Shown here in pieces: positions 53,511-64,000 of a stretch of 64,000 nt of DNA. The position numbers and the translations under genes are program-made. This DNA is from Paraspadella gotoi (Eukaryota > Animalia > Chaetognatha). Each line of letters starts with the position of its first letter. Position 1 is the stretch's first letter. Below the pieces are notes generated by a model. That model was not told the origin of the DNA, did no database searches, and saw only the letters and a list, made by a program, of their open reading frames with translations. The stretch is from assembly GCA_051294375.1 (NCBI GenBank), contig CM119267.1:12471081-12535080 (forward strand). The letters are read 5' to 3'.

Positions 53511-54191
53511 TAGGACTAAGCTCTGCCGAACAAGCCCGAGGTTTTTTAATATATTCTTATACCGCCAAGGTAGAATGATGGCATATTGTTAATATTAAGT
53601 TTCAAAAATCTAACCATAAATATAGAAAATATTAACCAAATCTTCGGAAATCTACCCCTTCTTTGGAAGATTTTCGCCATAGAAGATTTTTCCCGAATCT
53701 GACTCCCGGTTGAAACTCTTAGAATTCCGATCGTTAGCTCCTCTTTACTTTACTTTAAATAAAAATTTCACAAATGGATAATTCACTTTATCATGATCGT
53801 ATCATATCAGAATAACAAATAAAATGTAAAGAAAATTTGAGAGCTTCAGAACTTTGCAAAGGATTCAAAATTAGACTCATTTGTTGAACAGAACATACTT
53901 CAGTCACTTTAATGTTTTCAAGAAAAAAATCCTTTCATTTCTATATAAAATCAGAGATGGAAAATTTTCCATCGAGAACAGTCTATTTGTTCTGGCTTGT
54001 TTGATATCAAGATGATGATGATTTGACAGAGAAAAAAAATGCGAGCCCTTCAGATGACAGGATCGATCAAGTGTTTTTACATCGATATTTTACCAGAATT
54101 TTTACCAGAGCGTTTATTTTTGGTAGTCAGATTTGAACAAAATCTCCATTGAAAAGTCTTCCTCGATCTCTAAGAACGACGTAGACTCCTA
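53511..54191. mobile_element. 681-bp insertion with a 7-bp TSD
   Basis: TAGGA...TCCTA between ATTAATA repeats; absent from the duplicated copy at 56532-56538; relatives at about 62620-63275 and 35080. Confidence 0.85.
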
Positions 54192-54332
54192 ATTAATAGT
54201 GATGCTGAAAAGCGATATTATCAGATTATAATCAAGAAGAGAAAAAAGAATTTAATAAAAATTAAAAATTTAGGCGAAGAATAAGGTAAATAATTATTTA
54301 TTTACAACAACGGTTGGAAATTATAGATATCG

Positions 54333-54367
54333 GACATGTTTCGGCTCTGAGTTGCAAGCCTTCACAG
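54333..54367 (-). ncRNA. Hammerhead motif (1-nt core deletion in this copy)
   Basis: Reverse complement CTGTGA-A-GGCTT..GAGCC-GAAACATGTC; the duplicate at 56671 has an intact CTGATGA. Confidence 0.6.
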
Positions 54368-54419
54368 CGCTTTTTACACTTTTGAAATTTCATAAGATTT
54401 TCACTTTACAAATAGTGTG

Positions 54420-54467
<48 letters not shown>

Positions 54468-54661
54468 AAAGTTTCCAACAAAAAATTGAGAAAGGACAGT
54501 GGTCAGATGTGAGGACAGGTTAAAGTTAAAGACATCTTCACATCTGACCACTGTCCTTTTTCAATTCTTGGTTGAAAACTTTTATCTCTCTCCTCTCTTC
54601 TCTCTCTCTCACACTATTTCTAAAAGTGAAAATCTTATGAATTTCACAATTGTAAAAAGCT

Positions 54662-54697
54662 CTGATGAAGGCTTGCAACTAAAAGCCGAAACATGTC
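54662..54697 (+). ncRNA. Hammerhead motif
   Basis: CTGATGA-A-GGCTT..AAGCC-GAAA-CATGTC. Confidence 0.72.
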
Positions 54698-56670
54698 CCA
54701 TATTATAATTATCACCGTTGTTGTAAATAAATAATTATTTACTTTATTGATCGCCTAAACTTAAACGCAACGAATTGAAAGAAACTATACAAATTAAAAA
54801 TTATAATCTAATGCGTGTCTGATGAAATTGTCTTGTCTGCCGCACTCTGCTTTCAACACTGCCTAGTTTTTACTGTTTTATTGTTCTTTCTGTTTTACGT
54901 TTGACGTTATTTTTCGGTCGGACGGTTGGTCTTATCAGTCTGTCCGTTGATCTTTCATATGTTTTAATGGTCATAATTCGGGTAATTATTAAAATATTTT
55001 AGAAATGTGGTATACCTTTCCTGATCTTTTCCTCCTTCTTTTTTTTCTTCCTTTTCTTCCCCAAAAAAACTTCAGTACCCACAACCCATACCTACTCTCT
55101 TCAACTCCCACCCCCCAAGTATATTTTTCTAAGTTGGCCTCCCAGGTTTACTTTCCATCTCGGGACCTGTTTTTCTTTTTGCCTTCCCCTTTCTTCTTTT
55201 CCCGATGATTTCCTCCTCTCTATCATTTTTTTCTATTTTTCTCTCCCTTCACTTGTTTGGTTTCTTTTTTTTTCCTGAGGGCCTTCTTTTCTCTTCAGGT
55301 ATGTTATTCCAGCCAGCGTGACGGAACAAAGCCTAATCCAATTATCTCTCCTTTCCTAAACTGGGAGAGAGAGAAACAAGTTTGAGCAAACAATGTCGGA
55401 TCTGCCTAAGATAATAAGTGGTAATCAGCTAATCCAATGATAAATAACGATAATTCTTTCCGACTTTCAATTTATGATCTTAACAGATTATAACAAATTA
55501 TAACTTAACAAATCATAACAGATTTCTTAATAAATCTATGAACAAAACTATAAATCATTAACAGTCGCTGCGCCAGTACCAACTTGCATAATTTGGTCAA
55601 CTTGCATTTATTTGTTTTCTGTACTAAATCAACCTTGTTGCATTCAAATAAAAACGCTTATATAATTTGGTCAACTGGCATAATTTGGTCAATTGACTTA
55701 ATTTGATCAACTTGTATTATTTGGTCAACTTACATAATTTTGTCAACTTGCATAATTTTTTCAACTTTTTCACTTTTTTTAATCAATTATTAAAGTAATG
55801 AAAATCTATCAATTAATCATTCAAACAACTAATTAATCAGCCAATCCATCATTTTATCTCAGTGAGAGTAGGGGTAGCCGCCACTCAATGGGGTGAGTCA
55901 ATAATTTATAGAGTTAGTACATGCTCAAACAAAAATTTATACATTTTTAAGTATATTTTCAATGGACAAAATTGTTTTTATATGGCTCTATACCCTAGTG
56001 ATTATATTTTTAATATTTATTTATCAATAAGAAAGGCCAAATTTTTTTTAAATAAATTTTTAATTTTTAAGCTTATAAAAAGTTGTCTACACAAAATATA
56101 ATTCTTTTTAAATATTTCTATTGATAAGTAGTTAAAAATAAGAAAAACATAAAAAAATCATCGTCATCATTATTATCTTTCGATGATTTTATCTCTCTCT
56201 TNNNNNNNNNNNNNNNNNNNNNNNNNTAACAATTGTGTTAATATCGTTTTTGTTATTAATAAAAAATTTAAAAAAATAAGTATTAAAAAAAAATGAGTAT
56301 AGGAATATGAAACATAATTAAAAAGACCTTAATGATGAGAAGCCATATCTAAATTCCAGCTTCCTATGGTTATACACTTGAGCTATTTTCAATGTTAAAA
56401 CAGCGTTACGACGATAATGACGACGACGACGACTAAGATCAAAAGAAGCAGAAACGAATTAACATCTCGCCCAAGTCGGGCATTCGCCCGTCTAGCGAAA
56501 TAAAAAATGTTAAATTCTGGCTCGCCTTATTATTAATAGTGATGCTGAAAAGCGATATTATCAGATTATAATCAAGAAGAGAAAAGAAATTTAATAAAAA
56601 TTAAAAAATTAGGCGAGAAATAAGGTAAATAATTATTTATTTACAACAACGGTGATAATTATAGATATCG

Positions 56671-56706
56671 GACATGTTTCGGCTCTGAGTTGCAAGCCTT
56701 CATCAG
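56671..56706 (-). ncRNA. Hammerhead motif
   Basis: Reverse complement CTGATGA-A-GGCTT..GAGCC-GAAA-CATGTC. Confidence 0.72.
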
Positions 56707-56752
56707 CGCTTTTTACACTTTTGAAATTCATAAGATTTTCACTTTACAAATA

Positions 56753-56822
<70 letters not shown>

Positions 56823-57017
56823 AAAGTTTCCAACAAAAAATTGAGAAAGGACAGTGGTCAGATGTGAGGACAGGTTAAAGTTAAAGACATCTTCACATCT
56901 GACCACTGTCCTTTTTCAATTCTTGGTTGAAAACTTTTATCTCTCTCTCTCTGTCTCTCTCTCTCTCACACTATTTCTAAAGTGAAAATCTTATGAATTT
57001 CACAATTGTAAAAAGCT

Positions 57018-57053
57018 CTGATGAAGGCTTGCAACTAAAAGCCGAAACATGTC
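57018..57053 (+). ncRNA. Hammerhead motif
   Basis: CTGATGA-A-GGCTT..AAGCC-GAAA-CATGTC; duplicate of 54662. Confidence 0.72.
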
Positions 57054-59295
57054 CCATATTTATAATTATCACCGTTGTTGTAAATAAATAATTATTTACT
57101 TTATTGATCGCCTAAACTTAAACGCAACGAATTGAAAGAAACTATACAAATTAAAAATTATAATCTAATGCGTGTCTGATGAAATTGTCTTGTCTGCCGC
57201 ACTCTGCTTTCAACACTGCCTAGTTTTTACTGTTTTATTTGTCTTTCTGTTTTACGTTTGACGTTATTTTTCGGTCGGACGGTTGGTCTATCAGTCTGTC
57301 CGTTGATCTTTCATATGTTTTAAATGGTCATAATTCGGGTAATTTATTAAAATATTTTAGAAATGTGGTATACCTTTCCTGATCTTTTCCTCCTTCTTTT
57401 TTTTCTTCCTTTCTTCCCCAAAAAAACTTCAGTACCCACAACCCATACCTACTCTCTTCAACTCCCACCCCCCAAGTATATTTTTCTAAGTTGGCCTCCC
57501 AGGTTTACTTTCCATCTCGGGACCTGTTTTTCTTTTGCCTTCCCCTTTCTTCTTTTCCCGATGATTTCCTCCTCTCTATCATTTGTTTTTCTATTTTTCT
57601 CTCCCTTCACTTGTTTGGTTTCTTTTTTTTTCCTGAGGGCCTTCTTTTCTCTTCAGGTATGTTATTCCAGCCAGCGTGACGGAACAAAGCCTAATCCAAT
57701 TATCTCCTTTCCTAAACTGGGAGAGAGAGAAACAAGTTTGAGCAAACAATGTCGGATCTGCCTAAGATAAATAAGTGGTAATCAGCTAATCCAATGATAA
57801 ATAACGATAATTCTTTCCGACTTTCAATTTATGATCTTAACAGATTATAACAAATTATAACTTAACAAATCATAACAGATTTCTTAATAAATCTATGAAC
57901 AAAACTATAAATCATTAACAGTCGCTGCGCCAGTACCAACTTGCATAATTTGGTCAACTTGCATTTATTTGTTTTCTGTACTAAATCAACCTTGTTGCAT
58001 TCAAATAAAAACGCTTATATAATTTGGTCAACTGGCATAATTTGGTCAATTGACTTAATTTGATCAACTTGTATTATTTGGTCAACTTACATAATTTTGT
58101 CAACTTGCATAATTTTTTCAACATGTATTTATTAATCAATTATTAAAGTAATGAAAATCTATCAATTAATCATTCAAACAACTAATTAATCAGCCAATCC
58201 ATCATTTTATCTCAGTGAGAGTAGGGGTAGCCGCACTCAATGGGGTGAGTCAATAATTTAGAGTTAGTACATGCTCAAACAAAAATTTATACATTTTTAA
58301 GTATATTTTCAATGGACAAAATTGTTTTTATATGGCTCTATACCCTAGTGATTATATTTTTAATATTTATTTATCAATAAGAAAGGCCAAAATTTTTTTA
58401 AATAAATTTTTAATTTTAAGCTTATAAAAAGTTGTCTACACAAAATATAATTCTTTTTTAAATATTTCTATGATAAGTAGATTAAAAATAAGAAAAACAT
58501 AAAAAAATCATCGTCATCATTATTATCTTTCGATGATTTTATTAGTGTTTTAAAATTTTCACTGAGAAAACATAAGAATTTTTTAAAGCTGTAATTATAT
58601 TTCTAGTTGAACTTTTATGCTCTATCAGAATCTATCAAAAAATTTTAAGATTTAAAAAAAAAAAATTATATAGTAATATAATAATTTTAATTAGGCGAGT
58701 ACCCTCAGAAGAAAGCCTTTTCGACAAAAAATGTTTTAATACAATAATCTATGCTCATGATAGATTATTTTAACGCTGTATACATTTGCATTTAAATTTC
58801 ATCCGCTATGACTAGTGAGAGAGAGAAAAACTTGAAAATTTAAAAAAAATTCAAATAAAAGTGACATTTATTTTTTTCCATTTAAGCTCATTTCCACTCG
58901 CACGATTCCATCAAAACTTTATATTTAGTTCAAGCACTTACTTTCCTTTACACACACAAAATTTCATCACAATCCATTTATCCAATTAGGATTAATTTTA
59001 ATAATTATAAGCAAAAAGATTCAAGTAAACGTGACTTATGATTTTTCCATTTAAACTCATTTCCACGCGGACGATTCCATTGAAATTTTATATCCCGCTC
59101 AAACACACAGTTTTCCATCCACACACAAAATTTCACTCCAATCCAACTATCCAATCACGAGCTATTGAAGTTTTTTTCTAAGGTCGGACGGACAGACGGA
59201 CCGACGGACATTTTTTTTGCATAATTTATCATAATGATTTCAGTAAATGCCCGACAAGTTTTGGGGGGGAGACCGACGGACCGACATTAGAGCTC

Positions 59296-61125
59296 CCAGA
59301 AATACCATGCATTTTTGAAAGTTCCTGATACCTGCAAAGTTTCTTGTTCCAAATTTAGTGGAGAAAACGAATATCACAATAAAAAATTTCCCCAAATGCT
59401 CTTGATGGATTTTCCACGCCAGTTTTTGCGTCGTACCACTTCCGGTTTTAAAAATTCAAAATTTTTGGAAAAAAATGAGCTGTTATTGAGCCAGCATACT
59501 TAAATTAATCAAAATAAAGTTACTAATAACCTTAATACTCAATTTATTGTTGTGGTTTAAAAAATTATTATTACAAAAGACTTAAAATTAGAAATTATTA
59601 GTTTTTTTAAGCCAAATCATCCCTGACCAAATTCTAATAAGATTTTATAAGAAAGTATGATTTGGTTATACAAATAGAACTCTCTAAAAGATTTTAAATA
59701 TTAAATATCCTTAAGCCAAGATATTGGCCTTTAAAGGTTTGCCAAATGATGCAAAAAGAAAGTAGCCTCGATCCTCATCCTCCTCTTCCCCTCCCTCTCC
59801 CGAGGATCCGTCCCCTTTTAGTCGACTCTCCGCGTTTCTGGAGTTCTACTAACTTCCTTCTTTTCTAATACTATTTCCGGCCAGGGACTTTCCCTCAATA
59901 AACACTACTGTTGCGATATACGTCTTCTTCTTCAGGTAGCTAATTAGATAAAAGGTGCTTTGGCCTTTGTGGCTAGCAAGCCTCCCACTCAACCTTAACC
60001 CTTCACCTCTCCCCCAACCTAAACCTTAGTTCAGGCCTTTTATTCATTTGCAAGCTTCAACCCTAATCTTAATGTCCCAGGTACAAGCTAGTACAAGCTA
60101 ACAGCAAAATTATCATTTGGCCAGGTTGCTATGATTAAGTGCAATTTGGACCGGCTCAGAAAAGGATAGGAAGCTTGGGTTAAGGTTTGGGAAGCTACTG
60201 GGGAAGGAAATTAAAGATTAAAGTTTAGCCTTATTGATGGCCAGGAGGCAGGGATGCCTCAGTTGAGGCTCAGAGGTAAACCTCAGGCTGAGGTGAGGGT
60301 TGGTGGAAAGTCTCTTAAGTGATGCAGGGTTAGGGTTCTGGCATGATATAAAACAGGAAGCCTAGGTTAGGGTGAGGGCTAAGGAAGTGGCTCTCTGCAG
60401 ATGTTACAAGCCAGGAAAACTGGTAAGAGTTTGGATCATTGACTGGTTTGGGGTTAAGGTTCAGCAGGAAGTATATTAGCTTGGGTTAAGGTTAGGGGAA
60501 AGGTTGCTCGGGTTAAGATTCAGACTTGGGGTGAGACAAGAAGTTTGTTTAGGTTTGTTTAGGGCCCGGTTTAGGGTTAGGGTTGAGTGAGAGGCTTGCT
60601 AGCTGCAAAGGCCAAGTCGCTTTCCATCTTATTCGCTACTTTATTTTTGCATCACTTGGTAAACTTTTTAAAGGTCAATATCTTGGTTTAAAGATTAAAG
60701 ATTAAAGATTAAAATCCCTTTGACAGTTCTATTTATTTAACCAGATAGTAAAATTTTATTAAAATTAGTGGAGTAGTTTGATTAAGGCCAATTTGGCTTA
60801 AAAAGATTATGAATTTTTAACTTGAAGCCTTTTGTAATAATATTTTTATAACCTAATTTATAAACCAAAACAAAAAATGTAATATTAAGGTTATTGGTAA
60901 CTTTATTTTGATTAATTTAAGTATGCTGGCTGAATAACAGCTCATTTTTTTCCAAAAATCCTGAATTTTTAAAACCGGAAGTGGTTCGACGCAAAAACTA
61001 GCATGGAAAATCCATAATGAGCATCCAGAAAATTTTTTTATCGTGATTTTCGTTTTCTCCACTAAATTTGGCACAAGAAAATTTGCAGGTATCAGGAACT
61101 TTCATAAATGTATGATATTTTTGGG
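59296..61125. mobile_element. Foldback element with long inverted arms and degenerate TTAGGG-like core motifs
   Basis: 59296-59766 plus 59936-60010 inverted to about 60560-61125. Confidence 0.75.
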
Positions 61126-61144
61126 AAAATGAAGAAACATGAAA

Positions 61145-61980
61145 CGGAAAAAGGCGTGATCTCAGCGCAAATGCATGGGCTCCATGGAAGCCGTGTGTTG
61201 GGTGGTGGTCGCATCCAGTACCGCAACATCTAAAAAGCTCGTGGACCGGACATCATTACTCTCAACAAGAACCACAAAATGCCTAAACCTCCACAAGAGG
61301 AGAAAAGCATCTCAGCCTGGAGAAACATCCTCAGTAAGATTGGGCAAATCCGAGCTGGGCACGATGGAAATCGTGGAGAGGTATCCTCATATACAACAAT
61401 GCAGGAAAATCTTTGGAGAATCTACCAAGCATGGGCTTGGCTTGCCGATGCAACCTACATCTCATCACCATTCTCGTCACATATCCGCCTTAACAATAAT
61501 ACATAGGCATACGCTTATCACCAGCTGCTACTGCATGCGCGCCCTGCACGTCGCAGAATGGGCACCGACGCAGCAACGCGGGAGATGGCTGAGCCTAGAA
61601 CAGGTTCAGAAACAGGATCTTGCCCGATCCCCCTCGCGTTTACAACTTCCAAGCTACCGACGTGACCCGCGGTAAGCGCTGTCGTCTGAGAAGGGGGGGA
61701 CGCATCGCAAGAGGAATCAGACCGCCGAGACAATCGAAATACGAGATCCGCGCGAAGCGAGCCAAAACTCCGCCGCGGAAGTTAGAATCGGAACAATTCT
61801 CATCATGGTTGAAAGACAAATGGCCATCGCCAATGGGCAGTATGGGGCTTCCTTTCCGGCCTGTAAACTTTTACCATTGAGCCGATCGCGATCCGATTGC
61901 AGGGGTATAAATAGGAACCGCAACTTGTATTGATTCACTCTGCCTCTTGTATTGACACCTGTCCTTGTTATATATTGGTC
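61145..61980 (+). mobile_element. Possible LTR retrotransposon 3' remnant
   Basis: GC-richer broken ORFs, PPT-like GAGAAGGGGGGA near 61688 and downstream GGTATAAATAGG; no diagnostic domain recognised. Confidence 0.3.
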
Positions 61981-62093
61981 TTAATTCTGAAAGACAAATC
62001 AAATATCACTTATGGTTTCGCACTAGAAATCCCGTGTCTATTTACTTATAAATGATAGAGGTCGGAATGCGCTGAATCAAGACAGATCGGCGA

Positions 62094-62124
<31 letters not shown>

Positions 62125-62349
62125 GAGAAGAAAGAAAAGAATTTGTGAAAACCGTGCGAGAAAGCGGGAAACGGAAGATGTTAGAATAATAAAGGAAAGA
62201 ATACTTAGAAGAAACGAAAGAATACAAATCTCCAAACAAAATTCTTAAATTTACTTTCTTCTTCTTCTCTCTCCTTACCTTCACCTGTCCTCAATCTGAC
62301 CACTGTCCTTTTCTCAACCTTTGTTGGAAGCTTTTTCTCTCTCTCTCTT

Positions 62350-62389
<40 letters not shown>

Positions 62390-62429
62390 ACTCAATATTA
62401 AGAGAAAAATTTGTCTGATTAGTCAAACG

Positions 62430-62464
62430 CTGATGAAGGCTTATACATAAAGCCGAAACATGTC
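62430..62464 (+). ncRNA. Hammerhead motif
   Basis: Core identical to the 15060 copy; inside a unit of about 62270-62560 with a conserved head, (CT)n and shared tail. Confidence 0.75.
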
Positions 62465-63502
62465 CCTATGTGAAATAAAAATCGTTGTAAATAAACAAAT
62501 AAACTTTGTTTTTCTCTAAATCTACAAAAACAACAAAACGAAAGGAAATTAACACAAATTATATTTTAAATTAGATTTCTGAATTAGATTTTTTTAAAAA
62601 AAACTACTGATTAAAAATATTTTTACCAGAGGTTTTTTTAATATATTCTTTTACCGGCCAATGTAGAATGATGGCAATATTGCTATTGTTAAGTTTTAAA
62701 AAAATCTAGACATGAATATAGAAAATATTAATCAAAATATTTAGAAAATCAACCCCTTTTATAGAAGATTTTCACCATAAAGGATTTTTCCTGAATCTGA
62801 CTACCGGTTGAAAACTCTTAGAATTCCAAAAACGACTAATCCACTTTATCATGATCGTATCATATTAAAATAACCACATAAAATATAAAGAAAAATTTTG
62901 AGAGACCTTCAGACACCTCGCCAGAGGATTATTGAATTAGACGTCATTTGTTGAACAGGAACATACCTGTCACGTTTATATCATTTTCAAGGAAAAAAAT
63001 CCTTTTTCATTTCTATATAAAATCAGAGATGGATAATTTTCCCGTACAGAAGCAGTCTATTTATCCTGGCTTGTTTGATATCAAAATGTTAATGATTTGT
63101 AAAAAGAAAAAAAATGTGAGCTCTTCAGACGCAACATTGTTGGAATCGAGCGTTTTTACATCTATTTTTTACCGGAATTTTCCCCAGGGGCGTTTATAAA
63201 GTTTAGTAGTCAAATTCGAAAGAAAATCTCCGTTGAAAAAATCTTCCTTAACTTCTAGGAGCGAGGTAGACTCCTAGCAAAAAGTAATTCTGGTGTATTG
63301 AAAAGAGAATTGCCACCCCAGAAAGAAAGAATGAAATAAAGAAAGAAATAAAGAGACAGAGTGAGAGAGAGAGAAAGAGAGAAAAAGAGAGAAAAAGAGA
63401 AAGAGAGAAGAAAACAAGAAAAACCCCAAAAACGTGACAGAGAGGAAGAGGATGGACGATTCTTTGACGTCGGCTTCCTTGGGGCTTCGGATCGCGTGAG
63501 TG

Positions 63503-63557
<55 letters not shown>

Positions 63558-64000
63558 AAGGAGTGAGGCGTGGGGAAACATAATGATAAAAAGAAACGGG
63601 CAAAGTGTAGGCGTGTCACGGGAGAAGCAACTGAATTTTTTTTTGTCCGGTAGAGCCGAATTCGGGCTGTGAATTTTTTTTGGGGGGATGACTCTACTGA
63701 CAGAGAATCAGCGCCAGCGAAAATACAATTTAATATGACGTGAAAAATGTAGAGTAATGGCTAATTGATATATAACTGATAACTACTAAATAACTTATAA
63801 AAAAAGATAGTATCTCTGAAAAAATCCCTTTTATTCACCAAGAAGGCAATTTTATAGTAATAATATTAATATATTAATAAAAAAAATATTAATTATATAA
63901 AAAAATTCGTGAAAATGAGATGCGGAAAGCCAAAAACAAACAGCGGTAACCGAAAAGCATAAAGCGCGCGCTCCATTCTTGATCGCTGGCGTTCGTTCAA

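Larger units (their letters stand above)
53210..58540. other. Tandem duplicated block across an N gap (probably two haplotypes)
   Basis: 53210-56190 matches 56227-58540 apart from small indels and one TE insertion. Confidence 0.85.

Overview
AT-rich, repeat-dense eukaryotic (invertebrate-like) genomic DNA with N gaps and signs of haplotype or assembly duplication. Two spliced + strand genes can be rebuilt by hand. One is an 8-exon SLC16/MCT-family MFS transporter (8534-25702, about 560 aa). The other is a 6-exon gene for an unrecognised ~300 aa single-pass membrane protein (29451-38263). The rest is mostly nested mobile DNA: DINE-1-like Helentron elements, TIR elements (Tc1/mariner-, hAT-, Kolobok- and Transib-like), a LINE RT remnant, a Penelope-like RT remnant and tRNA-derived SINEs. 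The most notable signals are (1) a dispersed family of short elements carrying minimal type I hammerhead ribozyme motifs (about 11 copies, some as head-to-head pairs) and (2) a 711-bp insertion with direct terminal repeats, a 5-bp TSD and divergently oriented tRNA-like modules. All calls come from reading the sequence by eye; no searches were run.
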